Counted from the first letter of the stretch, positions 52,927 to 63,722 are shown. The stretch: DNA of 64,000 nucleotides from Oscillospiraceae bacterium (GCA_902778525.1 CACYXZ010000001.1:4522-68521); one strand, 5' to 3'. Notes: generated from the sequence alone by a model not told the origin. Made by a program: numbers and translations.

Positions 52927-53859
52927 ATGGAGTTTTCGCATAAATCAGTCCTGCTGGAGGAGTGTATCCAGGCGCTGAACATCCGCCCCGAGGGGATCTA
53001 TCTGGACGGGACGCTGGGCGGCGCAGGCCATTCCGTGGAAATCGCCCGCCGCCTGACCACGGGGCGGCTGATCGGTGTGGACCGGGACACGGTGGCGCTG
53101 GACGCGGCAAAGGACCGCCTTGCGCCGTATCTGGACCGGGTGACGCTGGTTCACGGGAACTTCCGGGATCTGGATCGGATCCTGCGGGATCTGGAGATCC
53201 CGGCAGTGGATGGAATGCTCTTTGATCTGGGGGTCTCCTCGCCGCAGCTGGATGACGGGGCCAGAGGTTTTTCCTATATGGCCGACGCGCCGCTGGATAT
53301 GCGGATGAACCGGGAGGACCGGCTCACGGCCTATGAGGTGGTGAATCAGTGGTCCCGGGAGGAGCTCCGACGGGTCTTTTACGAATACGGGGAGGAGCGG
53401 TATGCCCCGCAGATCGCCGCGGCCATCGACCGCCGGCGGCAGGAAAAGCCCATCGGGACGACGCTGGAGCTTGTGGATGTGATCCGCGGCGCCATGCCCC
53501 CCCAGGCGCTCCGGGAAAAGCAGCACCCGGCCAAGCGCACCTTCCAGGCGATCCGGATCGCAGTGAACGACGAGCTGGGGGCAGTGCGGGACATGATGGA
53601 AGCCGCGATTCCCAACCTTGCGCCGGGCGGCCGTCTGGCGGTGATCACCTTTCACTCTCTGGAGGACCGTATCGTCAAGGCGGCCATGAACGCCGCGGCA
53701 AAGGGCTGCACCTGCCCGCCGGAGTTTCCGGTATGCGTCTGCGGGAAAAAGCCTCAGGTGAAGGTCCTCACCAGAAAACCGGTGGTATCCGGACAGGAGG
53801 AGCTGGAGGAGAATCCCCGCGCCCGCAGCGCCAAGCTGCGGGTCTGTGAGAAACTGTAG
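52927..53859 (+). CDS. rsmH: 16S rRNA (cytosine1402-N4)-methyltransferase
   Basis: HKSVLLEECIQALNIRPEGIYLDGTLGGAGHS...FDLGVSSPQLD. Confidence 0.95.
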   Translation: MEFSHKSVLLEECIQALNIRPEGIYLDGTLGGAGHSVEIARRLTTGRLIGVDRDTVALDAAKDRLAPYLDRVTLVHGNFRDLDRILRDLEIPAVDGMLFDLGVSSPQLDDGARGFSYMADAPLDMRMNREDRLTAYEVVNQWSREELRRVFYEYGEERYAPQIAAAIDRRRQEKPIGTTLELVDVIRGAMPPQALREKQHPAKRTFQAIRIAVNDELGAVRDMMEAAIPNLAPGGRLAVITFHSLEDRIVKAAMNAAAKGCTCPPEFPVCVCGKKPQVKVLTRKPVVSGQEELEENPRARSAKLRVCEKL

Positions 53860-53870
53860 GAGGGAACAGC

Positions 53871-54170
53871 TTGCGAAGAACTCCCATTCGGGAGGTGGAA
53901 CATAAAAGACGTACCGGGCCGGACCTGTTGGCCGTTGGCCTGGCGGTGTTTGCTCTGATGGCAGTTTTGCTCTGGGGAAAGGTAAAGGTCTATGAGCTTC
54001 AGCGGGATAATCTCCGCATGGCTGAGGAACTGGCCCGGCAGGAAGATGCACTGGCCCGGCTCCGGCTTCGACAGGCGGACGGGCCGGACCTGAAAGCCCG
54101 GGCAGAGTCGCTGGGTCTTCGGCTTCCCACTGCGGAGCAGACGGTGATCCTGCACATCAGGGGATCTTAA
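53871..54170 (+). CDS. ftsL: FtsL-like cell division protein
   Basis: 99 aa, single TM (LLAVGLAVFALMAVLLWG) then coiled-coil; position between rsmH and the PBP; TTG start with aggaggg RBS. Confidence 0.7.
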   Translation: MRRTPIREVEHKRRTGPDLLAVGLAVFALMAVLLWGKVKVYELQRDNLRMAEELARQEDALARLRLRQADGPDLKARAESLGLRLPTAEQTVILHIRGS

Positions 54171-54200
54171 CAGACATAAGGGACGTGCGCGCGGCATAGA

Positions 54201-56564
54201 ATGCTGCGGGAAACCTCATTTTGCGGAAGGAGCGACGTCCCCTTGAAGTCTCACATTCCAAAGCCGCGGATGCCCGGCGGAGCAAACCGGATCATTCTGC
54301 GCCGTACCGCCGTGCTGATGGCGCTTTTCGGTGTGCTGGTGTTCGTTCCGCTGGCCGGGAAGCTGATTCAGCTCCAGATTCTCCGACACGAGGAGCTGGG
54401 CCGGATGGCGGCGGACAATCAGACCAGGACCAGCAGCATCACCCCCGCCCGGGGGACCATATACGACCGGAATATGAACGTGCTGGCGGTGAGCGCTGAC
54501 GTGGAGAACGTCTGCATCGACCCCAATGAGCTTGCCCTGTCCGGGCAGGATACCGACGCCATTGCAGAAAGCCTGAGCAGCCTTTTGAACGTGGACAAAG
54601 GATGGATCCTGCAGCGCATGGAGGACACCGGCTACCGGTATCAGATCGTTAAGCGCAAGGTGGAGCAGGAGGAGGCCTCTGCAGTCCGCGCCTATATCGC
54701 CAGGCAGAACATCACCGGCGTCTACCTGGAGCCGGACACCAAGCGGTATTACCCCGAGGGGACGCTGGCGGCACAGCTTTTGGGCTTTGTGGGCAGCGAC
54801 AATACGGGCCTGGACGGGGTGGAGGCGGCCTGGGATGAGGCGCTCACCGGCGCTGCCGGCCGGATCATAAGCGCCAAAGGAAACTACGGCTCCGCCATGC
54901 CCTACCATCATGAGACATACTACGATCCGGTGCGCGGCAGCTCTCTGGTGCTGACGATCGACGAGACAGTGCAGCAGATGCTGGAGAAGGAGATGCGGGA
55001 GGCTGTCGCCCAGTATGACGTCCGGAACGGAGCCTTCGGCGTGATCATGGATGTGAACACCGGAGAGATCCTGGCCATGGCGACGCTGGGGGCCTACGAT
55101 CCCAACCGCTATGCGGAGATCCTGGATCTCGGGACCCGGCAGACGCTGGAGGAGCAGCACCGGCTTGCCCTTTTAGCGGAGGGGGAGGAGCGGGATCGTC
55201 TTTTGGCGGAGTACAGCACCGCCCTGGCAGAGGCCCGGCTGGCTCAATGGCGCAATCGGGTGATCGCCGACGGATATGAGCCCGGCTCTACATTTAAAAG
55301 CATTACGCTGGCGGCTGCACTGGAGGAGGGCGCCGTGAGCCTTTCCGACGGTTTTTATTGCAGCGGCAGCACCTCCATCAAGGGCCGGTCCAAGCCGCTT
55401 CACTGCTGGAAAAGCGCCGGACACGGCCAGCAGACCACAGCGGAAGCCCTGCAGAACTCCTGCAATGTGGCCTTCGCGAATATCGGCATCCGGCTGGGCG
55501 GAGAAAAGCTGTACGAATATGTTCAGAAGTTCGGCCTGACGGAGAAAACGGGGATCGAGCTGTACGGCGAAGCCAGCGGCATCTTCTTTGACGAGGCGAC
55601 CCTGTCGAATCCGGACAGCTATGCCTCCCTGGCCTCGGCCGCCTTCGGACAGACCTTTAAGATCACGCCGCTGCAGCTGGTCCGTGCGGTGGCGGCGGTG
55701 GTCAACGGCGGGTATCTGCTGGAGCCCCATGTGGTATATCAGGTGCTCGACGACGACGGAAACGTCCTGGAGCAGCACGACAGAACCGTGATCCGTCAGG
55801 TGATCAGCCGTCAGACCTCCCGGACCATGTGCGGCCTGCTGGAATCGGTGGTTTCTCAGGGCACCGCGAAAAATGCGCAGATCGCCGGATACCGCATCGG
55901 CGGAAAAACAGGCACCTCGGAAAAAATCGACGTGTTTGATGAGAACGGCAACATGGTGGAGGACAAGATCGTATCCTTCATCGGAATTGCCCCCATGGAC
56001 GATCCGAAGATCGTTGCGCTGGTGGCCCTGGACACGCCCTCCACGGAGACAGGCTATTACATCTCCGGCGGCCAGATGGGCGCGCCCACGGTACGGGACG
56101 TGCTGTCCGGCGTGCTGCCCTATCTGGGGATTAAGCCGGATTACAGCGAGGAAGCGGCGAACCGGGCGGAGGTCTCCGTACCGGACCTGACCGGGATGAC
56201 GGAGCAGGAGGCGGAGACGGCGCTCTCGGAGCTTCCCCTGACCTTTCGCCGGGAGGGCAGCCGGGAGCGGATCACAGATCAGGTGCCGGCGGCGGGGGCG
56301 GTCATCCCCGGAAACAGTGAGATCCTCGTCTATTTTGGCGATACACAGTCTGATGAAACGGTGCTGGTCCCGGATGTGACCGGCCGGAGCGCCCAGGAGG
56401 CCAATGAGATCCTGACGGCGCAGGGACTCTATATGAAAATTGTTGGCGCGGAGGGCGCGGAGCATACCATCGTCGCGGTTCGCCAGACCCCGGCGGCCGG
56501 AACGGCCGCGGAACCGGGAACAGTGGTGTCGGTGGAATTTTCCGACCTGAGCGCGCAGGACTAA
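54201..56564 (+). CDS. class B penicillin-binding protein (FtsI/PBP2B/SpoVD type) with two PASTA domains
   Basis: STFK, SCN and KTGT motifs; two C-terminal VPD(L/V)TG...PASTA repeats; start uncertain (ATG 54201, TTG 54243 with ggaaggag, or ATG 54270). Confidence 0.92.
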   Translation: MLRETSFCGRSDVPLKSHIPKPRMPGGANRIILRRTAVLMALFGVLVFVPLAGKLIQLQILRHEELGRMAADNQTRTSSITPARGTIYDRNMNVLAVSADVENVCIDPNELALSGQDTDAIAESLSSLLNVDKGWILQRMEDTGYRYQIVKRKVEQEEASAVRAYIARQNITGVYLEPDTKRYYPEGTLAAQLLGFVGSDNTGLDGVEAAWDEALTGAAGRIISAKGNYGSAMPYHHETYYDPVRGSSLVLTIDETVQQMLEKEMREAVAQYDVRNGAFGVIMDVNTGEILAMATLGAYDPNRYAEILDLGTRQTLEEQHRLALLAEGEERDRLLAEYSTALAEARLAQWRNRVIADGYEPGSTFKSITLAAALEEGAVSLSDGFYCSGSTSIKGRSKPLHCWKSAGHGQQTTAEALQNSCNVAFANIGIRLGGEKLYEYVQKFGLTEKTGIELYGEASGIFFDEATLSNPDSYASLASAAFGQTFKITPLQLVRAVAAVVNGGYLLEPHVVYQVLDDDGNVLEQHDRTVIRQVISRQTSRTMCGLLESVVSQGTAKNAQIAGYRIGGKTGTSEKIDVFDENGNMVEDKIVSFIGIAPMDDPKIVALVALDTPSTETGYYISGGQMGAPTVRDVLSGVLPYLGIKPDYSEEAANRAEVSVPDLTGMTEQEAETALSELPLTFRREGSRERITDQVPAAGAVIPGNSEILVYFGDTQSDETVLVPDVTGRSAQEANEILTAQGLYMKIVGAEGAEHTIVAVRQTPAAGTAAEPGTVVSVEFSDLSAQD

Positions 56565-56574
56565 GGAGGACGTT

Positions 56575-58026
56575 ATGAAACTTCAAGATATTCTGGAGGG
56601 GATCGGGATCCGTTCGTTCCATGCGGATCCGGAGATGGAGATCTCAGGGATCGCCTATGATTCCCGCACGGTGGAGCCGGGGCAGCTCTTTGTGGCCGTG
56701 ACCGGATTTGCCGCCGACGGGCACCGGTTCATTCCCATGGCGGTGGAAAAGGGCGCCGCGGCGGTGCTGTGTCAGACCCCGCCGGAGGGGGAGATCCCCT
56801 ATGTGCAGGTGGAAAACACTAGAAGCGCACTGGCGCTTGCCTCAGCAAACTTCTTTGGCCGTCCGGCGGAAAAGATGAAGTTCATCGGCATCACCGGCAC
56901 CAATGGAAAAACCACCTCCACCTATCTTTTGAAGGAGATCCTCGAAAAAACCGCGGGAGCCAAGGTGGGTCTGGTGGGCACCATCCAGAACATGATCGGA
57001 GATCAGGTGCTGGAAACGGAGCGCACCACGCCGGAGTCCTATGAGCTGCAGAAGCTCTTCGCGGAGATGGCGGAGGCCGGATGCACCCATGTGGTGATGG
57101 AGGTCTCCTCCCATGCGCTGGTGCTGGACCGGGTGGCGGGCGTCCGGTTTGACGTGGGCATGTTCTCCAACCTGACCCAGGACCACCTGGACTTCCACAA
57201 GACCATGGAGGAATACCGGAAGGCCAAGGCCATTTTGTTCCGGATGTGTGACGTGGGCGTCTACAACGCAGATGATCCCGCCAGCGAAAAGATCATGGCG
57301 GAGGCCACCTGCAGAGCCTTTACCTACGCGGAGCATCACGAGGCCGACCTAAAGGCGGAGAATGTGGTGCTGCACGCGGACAGCGTGGAGTTTACCGCGG
57401 TCCATGGCGGGGAGCGGGTGCCGGTGACGCTGGGGATCCCCGGCGGATTTACCGTGTACAATGCCCTGTGCGTCCTGGGAGCTGCCATGGCGATGGGGAT
57501 TCCTCTTTCGGAGGCTGCCGCCGCCCTGGCCGGCGCCCATGGGGTCAAGGGCCGGGTCGAGGTGGTTCCCACCCCGGGCCGGGACTATACGGTCCTGATC
57601 GACTATGCCCACACGCCCGATTCGCTGGAGAACGTGCTGACCTCCGTGCGAGGTTACTGCAAAGGACGCCTGATCTCGGTGTTCGGATGCGGCGGAGACC
57701 GGGACAACACCAAGCGTCCCATCATGGGAAGAATCGGCGCCCGTCTCAGCGATATTGCGGTCATCACCTCTGACAATCCCAGGACGGAGGACCCGAACCA
57801 GATCATCGAGCAGATCCTGGCGGGGATCTCCGACCAGTCAAACTGTGTGGTGGTGGAAAACCGGCGCAGAGCGATCCGGGAAGCCATGGCCATGGCAAAG
57901 AAGGACGATATCATCGTGCTGTGCGGGAAAGGTCATGAGACCTACCAGATCCTCGGGACGGAGAAGACCCATCTGGACGAGCGGGAAGAGGTCGCGGCCG
58001 CGCTCCGGGAACAGGAGGAATTGTAA
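56575..58026 (+). CDS. murE: UDP-N-acetylmuramoyl-L-alanyl-D-glutamate--2,6-diaminopimelate ligase
   Basis: GITGTNGKTT; DNPR motif (SDNPRTEDP) suggests meso-DAP specificity. Confidence 0.95.
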   Translation: MKLQDILEGIGIRSFHADPEMEISGIAYDSRTVEPGQLFVAVTGFAADGHRFIPMAVEKGAAAVLCQTPPEGEIPYVQVENTRSALALASANFFGRPAEKMKFIGITGTNGKTTSTYLLKEILEKTAGAKVGLVGTIQNMIGDQVLETERTTPESYELQKLFAEMAEAGCTHVVMEVSSHALVLDRVAGVRFDVGMFSNLTQDHLDFHKTMEEYRKAKAILFRMCDVGVYNADDPASEKIMAEATCRAFTYAEHHEADLKAENVVLHADSVEFTAVHGGERVPVTLGIPGGFTVYNALCVLGAAMAMGIPLSEAAAALAGAHGVKGRVEVVPTPGRDYTVLIDYAHTPDSLENVLTSVRGYCKGRLISVFGCGGDRDNTKRPIMGRIGARLSDIAVITSDNPRTEDPNQIIEQILAGISDQSNCVVVENRRRAIREAMAMAKKDDIIVLCGKGHETYQILGTEKTHLDEREEVAAALREQEEL

Positions 58027-59403
58027 ATGAAGCTGACTTCACTCCGTCAGATCGCCCAGTGGTGCGGCGGCGCTGTCGCGCCGGAGCAGGAACAGGTGAT
58101 GGTCAACGGACTGTGCCATGATACCCGGGAACTGGACGCCGGGGCGCTGTTTTTCGCCCTGACCGGAACCCACGACGGGCATGATTATCTGAAGGCCGCA
58201 AAGGCCGCCGGCGCTGCCGCCGCGGTGGTGAGCCGTCCGGTGGAGACGGATCTCCCTCTGGTGATGGTGGAGGACACCAAAAAAGCGCTGGCGGATATCG
58301 CCCGGGCGTACAAAGAGAGCCTGGAGTGCAGGACGGTGGCCATCACCGGAAGCGTGGGAAAGACCACCACCCGGACCATGACCATGGCGCTTATGGAGCG
58401 GACTTACCGCACCTACGGCACGGTAAAGAACTATAACAACGATATCGGCCTGCCGGTGACCATCGGGAAGGTGGGTTCGGACGCGGAGATGCTGGTGCTG
58501 GAAATGGGAATGAACCATTTCGGAGAGATGCGTCAGCTCACCGACATCGGCCGGCCGGATACGGTGGTCATCACCAATATCGGCAGCATGCACATCGAGA
58601 ATCTCGGCAGCCGGGAGGGGATCCTCAGGGCCAAGCTGGAGATCCTGGAGGGGCTGCATCCCGGCGGAAGCTGCTTCTTTAACGGCGACGAGCCGCTGCT
58701 GTGGGAGCTTCGGCACAAGAACCAGAATCCCACCTTCTACTTCGGCATTGAGAACGCGGAATGTGACATCCGGGCCACGGAGGTCCGGCTGCTGGAGGGG
58801 AAGAGCAGGTTCCGGGTGCAGTGGAAGGACTATGATTTCCCGGTGGAGCTGTCCCTGAGCGGCCTGCACAACGTGTACAACGCGCTGGCGGCGATCTCGG
58901 TGGCGCTGCATTATCAGGTGCCGGTGAAGGAAATTCAGGCGGCCCTGTCGCAGTTCGTCAACACCAGCCAGCGCCAGCAGACGATCTACTACAAGACGTA
59001 TACCATCATCGACGACACCTACAATGCCGGTCCGGAGTCTATGGAGGCGGCGCTCCGCGTGCTGAAGGACACCACCGGGATGGGCGGGAAAGCCCGTCAT
59101 ATTGCGGTGCTGGGCGATATGCTGGAGCTTGGAAACCACGCCAGCGGCGAGCATCACCGGATCGGCCGGGTGGCGGCTTATAAAGCGGATCTGCTGCTGA
59201 CCTACGGCCCCCTGTCCGTCCATACGGTGCGGGGCGCAATCACAGGCGGTATGAGCCAGCGCAACGCCATGAACTTCCTGACCATGGAGGAACTGGTCAA
59301 CACCCTGAAAAACCGGGCCAAGCCCGGGGACGTGCTGCTGTTCAAGGGCAGCCACGGCATGCACATGGAGCGGGCGCTTCAGGCGTTCATGCAGGAGGAC
59401 TGA
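58027..59403 (+). CDS. murF: UDP-N-acetylmuramoyl-tripeptide--D-alanyl-D-alanine ligase
   Basis: AITGSVGKTTT...IIDDTYNAGPESM. Confidence 0.95.
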   Translation: MKLTSLRQIAQWCGGAVAPEQEQVMVNGLCHDTRELDAGALFFALTGTHDGHDYLKAAKAAGAAAAVVSRPVETDLPLVMVEDTKKALADIARAYKESLECRTVAITGSVGKTTTRTMTMALMERTYRTYGTVKNYNNDIGLPVTIGKVGSDAEMLVLEMGMNHFGEMRQLTDIGRPDTVVITNIGSMHIENLGSREGILRAKLEILEGLHPGGSCFFNGDEPLLWELRHKNQNPTFYFGIENAECDIRATEVRLLEGKSRFRVQWKDYDFPVELSLSGLHNVYNALAAISVALHYQVPVKEIQAALSQFVNTSQRQQTIYYKTYTIIDDTYNAGPESMEAALRVLKDTTGMGGKARHIAVLGDMLELGNHASGEHHRIGRVAAYKADLLLTYGPLSVHTVRGAITGGMSQRNAMNFLTMEELVNTLKNRAKPGDVLLFKGSHGMHMERALQAFMQED

Positions 59404-59448
59404 CCGCCCGCGCGGCAACGCAGTAACAACATTCGGAGGAAACGGGAT

Positions 59449-60426
59449 ATGCAAAGTATCATCACCTGTGCGCTGGCATTTCTGGTCAGCGCCATTGCCG
59501 GACGGTTTATCGTTCCGGCGCTTCGGGCCCTGAAGGTGGGCCAGTCCATACGGGAGATCGGCCCCACCTGGCACAACTCCAAGCAGGGAACCCCCACCAT
59601 GGGCGGACTGATCTTTATGCTGGGCATCGCGGTCTGCGTCATCACGGGATGGCGGACCATGCTCGGCGGGGACATCACCCACTTGATGGTGTTCGGCCTG
59701 GCGCTGGTGTGCGGCGTGATCGGGTTCCTTGACGATTTTGTCAAGGTGAAAAACAAGCGGAACCTGGGCCTGACGGAGATCCAGAAGCTGGTGCTTCAGC
59801 TGGCGGCAGCGGCGCTGTTTCTGATCCTGCTGCGCCGGACGGGGCATCTCACCGGCGATCTGTACATCCCATTTGCCAATGTCAGCGTGACGATCCCGTG
59901 GATTCTCTATCTGATCCTGAGCGTGTTCATCATTGTGGGAACCGTCAATGCGGTCAACATCACCGACGGGATCGACGGACTCAACACCTCCGTGACCATC
60001 CCGGTAATGGCGTTCTACGCGATTGCCGCGTGGAAATGGCATCTGACCGGCGCTTCTCTCTTTGCCGCTGCGGTGGCGGGCGCCTTGCTGGGGTTCCTGA
60101 TTTACAACTGGCATCCGGCCAAGGTGTTTATGGGGGATACCGGGTCGCTGTTCCTGGGGGGCGCGGTCTGCGGTCTGGCCTATGCGCTGGATATGCCGCT
60201 GATCCTGATCCTGGTTGGGATCATCTATATCGCGGAGACCATGAGCGACATCATTCAGGTGGCCTATTTCAAAATCACTCACGGCAAGCGGATCTTCCGC
60301 ATGGCCCCGCTGCACCATCACTTTGAAAAGGGCGGCTGGAGCGAGGTCAAGATCGTCGTGGTGTTCACTTCCATTACAGTGGTTTTCTGTGTTCTGGCCT
60401 ATCTGGGGGTCATGAACCGATTTTGA
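59449..60426 (+). CDS. mraY: phospho-N-acetylmuramoyl-pentapeptide transferase
   Basis: GTPTMGG...NAVNITDGIDGL...MGDTGSLFLGG...APLHHHFE. Confidence 0.96.
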   Translation: MQSIITCALAFLVSAIAGRFIVPALRALKVGQSIREIGPTWHNSKQGTPTMGGLIFMLGIAVCVITGWRTMLGGDITHLMVFGLALVCGVIGFLDDFVKVKNKRNLGLTEIQKLVLQLAAAALFLILLRRTGHLTGDLYIPFANVSVTIPWILYLILSVFIIVGTVNAVNITDGIDGLNTSVTIPVMAFYAIAAWKWHLTGASLFAAAVAGALLGFLIYNWHPAKVFMGDTGSLFLGGAVCGLAYALDMPLILILVGIIYIAETMSDIIQVAYFKITHGKRIFRMAPLHHHFEKGGWSEVKIVVVFTSITVVFCVLAYLGVMNRF

Positions 60427-60444
60427 TTCAGAGAGGGAGGCGCC

Positions 60445-61581
60445 ATGGGTTTTCTTCGGCTGCCGGACGTGGAAACTTCGGAGCGGGAGAACCTGGCGGA
60501 TCTTCCATTTCTGCTTTTGACGCTGCTGCTGACGGGGCTGGGACTGGTGATGATCTATTCCTCCAGCTTTGCCCGGGCCCTGTATGAGACCGGGGACAGC
60601 GCCTATTACTTCAAGCGTCAGCTGGTGTTTTCCCTGATCGGCGCGGCGGAGCTGCTGGCGGTCTCCCGGGTCAAACCGGAACTGCTGAAAAAGCTTGCCT
60701 TCCCGGTGCTTGGGATCTCGATCGTTTTTCTGATACTGGTGTTTGTACCCGGCATCGGGCAGAGCGAGAACGGCGCCACCCGATGGATCCGGCTGGGGAT
60801 CTCCTTTCAGCCGTCAGAGATCGCCAAGCTGGGCGTGATCCTCAGCTATGCCGCCATGATCGCCTCCTTTCAGGAGAAAATGGAGACCTTCCGGTACGGG
60901 ATCGCCCCCTTCGCCGCAATTCTCGCGGTGATCGTGGTGCTGCTGCGGCTGGAGCCCCACAATTCCGCCATCGTGATTATCGCCTGTACCGCCGGCGCCA
61001 TGCTGTTTCTGGGCGGCGTACGGTACCGGTGGTTCGTGCTGGGGGGCGGCGTGATGCTGCTGGGCCTGGCAGTGATCCTCGGCGCGGGAGGCTATGAAGC
61101 CAGCCGCATCACGGCCTGGCGGGATCCCTTTTCCGACCCGTCGGACAGCGGATACCAGATCATCCAGTCCCTCTACGCCATCGGCAGCGGGGGATTGCTG
61201 GGACTGGGCTTCGGCCAGGGCAGGCAGAAGTATCTGTATCTGCCGGAGGAACACAACGACTATATTTTTGCCATTGTCTGCGAGGAGTTGGGGCTGGCGG
61301 GGGCGCTGGCGATATTGCTGCTCTATGCGCTGCTGATCCTGCGGGGATACTGGATCGCCATGCACGTACGGGACCGGTTCCTGTCCCTGACCGTGGCGGG
61401 GATCACCACCCTGACCGCCCTGCAGGTGTTCTTCAATATCGGGGTAGTGACGAATCTCCTGCCCTCCACCGGCATTTCCCTGCCGTTTTTCAGCTACGGC
61501 GGTACGGCGCTGCTGATCCAGCTGGGGGAGATGGGGATCATTCTGAGTGCGTCCCGGCGCTGCAGTGCCGGATTCTTGTAA
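60445..61581 (+). CDS. ftsW: FtsW/RodA/SpoVE-family SEDS protein
   Basis: 10-TM; FQPSEIAKLGVIL, PEEHNDYIFA, LPFFSYGGTA. Confidence 0.92.
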   Translation: MGFLRLPDVETSERENLADLPFLLLTLLLTGLGLVMIYSSSFARALYETGDSAYYFKRQLVFSLIGAAELLAVSRVKPELLKKLAFPVLGISIVFLILVFVPGIGQSENGATRWIRLGISFQPSEIAKLGVILSYAAMIASFQEKMETFRYGIAPFAAILAVIVVLLRLEPHNSAIVIIACTAGAMLFLGGVRYRWFVLGGGVMLLGLAVILGAGGYEASRITAWRDPFSDPSDSGYQIIQSLYAIGSGGLLGLGFGQGRQKYLYLPEEHNDYIFAIVCEELGLAGALAILLLYALLILRGYWIAMHVRDRFLSLTVAGITTLTALQVFFNIGVVTNLLPSTGISLPFFSYGGTALLIQLGEMGIILSASRRCSAGFL

Positions 61582-61597
61582 GTTAGGTTGTGATCGT

Positions 61598-62722
61598 GTG
61601 AACGTAATCTTTACCTGCGGCGGCACCGGCGGCCATATCAGTCCGGCCATTGCCGTGGCGAATCTGCTCCGGGAAAAGCGTCCGGATACGGAGATCCTCT
61701 TCGTGGGCGCCAGCGACGGCATGGAGGCGGATCTGGTTCCCAGAGCGGGATACCGGCTGGAGACTGTGGAGATTTCCAACTTCCAGCGGAAGCTGACTCC
61801 CTCCAATATTATCTACAATTTCCGGTCCCTGGGATATATGTTCTCCAGCCGCAGGACGGCGGACCGGATCATTCGGGAGTTCCGGCCGGACGTGATCGTG
61901 GGGACCGGCGGATACGCCAGCTACCCGATGCTGCGGCAGGGGGCGAAGCGGGGGATCCCCACGGCGCTCCATGAAGCCAACGCGGTCCCCGGCCTGACGA
62001 CCCGGCTGGTGATGAACCAGGTGGACCGGGTCATGGTCTCCTTTGAGGAGAGCCGGAACGCCTATCCCCATCCGGACAAGGTCCGGGTCGTGGGCATGCC
62101 GGTCAAGAGTGAGTTCTTCTTCGCGGACAAGGCGGGAGCCAAGGCGGCTCTGGGCTTGGACGAACGGCCGCTGGTGGTCAGCTACTGGGGCTCTCTGGGC
62201 GCCCGGGAGATGAACAAGAAGATCGCCCGGTTCATGGCGCTGGAGGCCCGGGACGGAACGCCGTTCCAGCACATCCACGCCACCGGCAGCTTCGGATGGA
62301 AATGGATGCCGGACTATGTGCTGGAACAGGGCGTGGAGCTGGAGCAGTATCCCGCCATCGATATGCGGGAGTACATCTATGATATGCCGACGGTGATGGC
62401 GGCCGCGGATCTGGTGATCTGCCGGGCCGGAGCATCCACCATAGCGGAGACCGCCGCGGCGGGCAAACCGGCCATTTTCGTGCCGTCGCCCAACGTCACG
62501 GACAACCACCAGGAGAAAAACGCCCGGATCCTCGAGGAGCATGGCGCGGCGGTGGTCCTGCGGGAGACGGAATGCGACGGCGAGCGGCTCTACGAAGCAG
62601 TAAAGGAACTGCTGGGGGACCGGGAACGGCTGAGCGGAATGGAAAAAGCCGTGCAGTCCATGGCGGTGCCGGATTCTGCGGAAAAGATCTACGGGATCAT
62701 TCTGGAGTTGGCCGGCAGATAA
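61598..62722 (+). CDS. murG: undecaprenyldiphospho-muramoylpentapeptide beta-N-acetylglucosaminyltransferase
   Basis: (V)NVIFTCGGTGGHISPAIAVA; GTG 61598 preferred over ATG 61547, which would overlap ftsW by 35 nt. Confidence 0.93.
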   Translation: MNVIFTCGGTGGHISPAIAVANLLREKRPDTEILFVGASDGMEADLVPRAGYRLETVEISNFQRKLTPSNIIYNFRSLGYMFSSRRTADRIIREFRPDVIVGTGGYASYPMLRQGAKRGIPTALHEANAVPGLTTRLVMNQVDRVMVSFEESRNAYPHPDKVRVVGMPVKSEFFFADKAGAKAALGLDERPLVVSYWGSLGAREMNKKIARFMALEARDGTPFQHIHATGSFGWKWMPDYVLEQGVELEQYPAIDMREYIYDMPTVMAAADLVICRAGASTIAETAAAGKPAIFVPSPNVTDNHQEKNARILEEHGAAVVLRETECDGERLYEAVKELLGDRERLSGMEKAVQSMAVPDSAEKIYGIILELAGR

Positions 62723-62741
62723 ACGGAAGGAGCGAGGGCCT

Positions 62742-63605
62742 ATGGACCCAAAACAGAATCAGGCCAGGCGGCAAAGGAAAACGGTCCGCTCCACAGCCCA
62801 GCGGGAGAGAAGCCAGCGGGCCCAGATCCGGCGTCTGCGGGAACAGCAGCAGGCCCAGCAGGAGGGCAGCGAACGCTGGGAAAAGAAGGGCCTTCCCATG
62901 TGGGCCAGAACGCTAATCGCGGTGGGTGTGGTGCTTTTGCTGATTCTGGTGTTTTTCCGGGTGGATCAGATCGAGGTCGCCGGAAACGTCCGTTACACCC
63001 AGGAGGAGGTCGCGGACGCCAGCGGCGTGACCCTGGGCGACGTGCTGATGGGCGTCAACAAAACCAGAGCGGCCAGCCGCATTCTGGTGAAGCTGCCCTA
63101 TGTGGAGCAGGTGATAGTGTCCAAGATCCTGCCCGGAACGGTTCGGTTCGAACTGGTGGAATGTAAGGCGGTGGCCGCCGCGGAATCTGAATTCGGGACA
63201 AGATGGCTCATAAACGAGGACGGAAAACTTTTGGAAGCAGTGGATAATGACGAGATAATTGCATATCCTTTGATTCAGGGAGCGGTTTTGGACCTGCCTA
63301 ACGCAGGAGATCAGGCGGTGTATTCCGACCCGGATCTGGGCGCCATCGCCACAGAGACCCTTCAGGAGCTGCGCAACGCGGGCGTTCAGGATCAGATCCG
63401 CCTCATTGACGTGACGGATCCGAACCAGATCACCCTGAGCTATGACGACAGGGTGGAAATCCACATGGGGGACATTACGGATATCGCTTATAAGATCCAG
63501 TATATGATCATGGCGCTGGAAAAACTGGGCCCGGATTCCAGGGGAATGCTCGATTTGAGCTTTACGGAAGGAAAACAGGCATTTTTCCATCCTTTGGCCG
63601 CATAA
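62742..63605 (+). CDS. ftsQ: FtsQ/DivIB-family cell division protein
   Basis: Basic N-tail, single TM (LIAVGVVLLLILVFF), POTRA-like IEVAGNVRYTQEEV... Confidence 0.8.
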   Translation: MDPKQNQARRQRKTVRSTAQRERSQRAQIRRLREQQQAQQEGSERWEKKGLPMWARTLIAVGVVLLLILVFFRVDQIEVAGNVRYTQEEVADASGVTLGDVLMGVNKTRAASRILVKLPYVEQVIVSKILPGTVRFELVECKAVAAAESEFGTRWLINEDGKLLEAVDNDEIIAYPLIQGAVLDLPNAGDQAVYSDPDLGAIATETLQELRNAGVQDQIRLIDVTDPNQITLSYDDRVEIHMGDITDIAYKIQYMIMALEKLGPDSRGMLDLSFTEGKQAFFHPLAA

Positions 63606-63630
63606 TTTTGGGAAAAAAACAATTTTACTA

Positions 63631-63659
63631 TTGACCAAGTGGCCCCGGTGCGATAAAAT
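63631..63659 (+). promoter_or_regulatory. Candidate ftsZ-proximal promoter
   Basis: TTGACC, 17 nt, TAAAAT. Confidence 0.45.
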
Positions 63660-63722
63660 ATAACAAAATAGAGTCTTTACGCTTACAAAGCGTATCAATC
63701 ATGTACTTAGGAGGAAAAACTT

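Noticed and set aside
58039-60321. 760-aa minus-strand ORF opposite murF/mraY; also 12915-14534(-), 5798-7255(+), 30863-33088(+), 43459-45405(-), 19377-20591(-), 16646-18139(-), 33162-34487(-)
   Set aside because: All are antisense to genes with strong family signatures, RBSs and operon context. Their composition is Arg/Gly/Pro/His-biased and they lack translation signals.
63130-63160. GGTTCGGTTCGAAC sequence resembling a tRNA T-arm
   Set aside because: It lies inside the ftsQ coding frame (GTVRFELVE). No acceptor or anticodon stems can be drawn around it.
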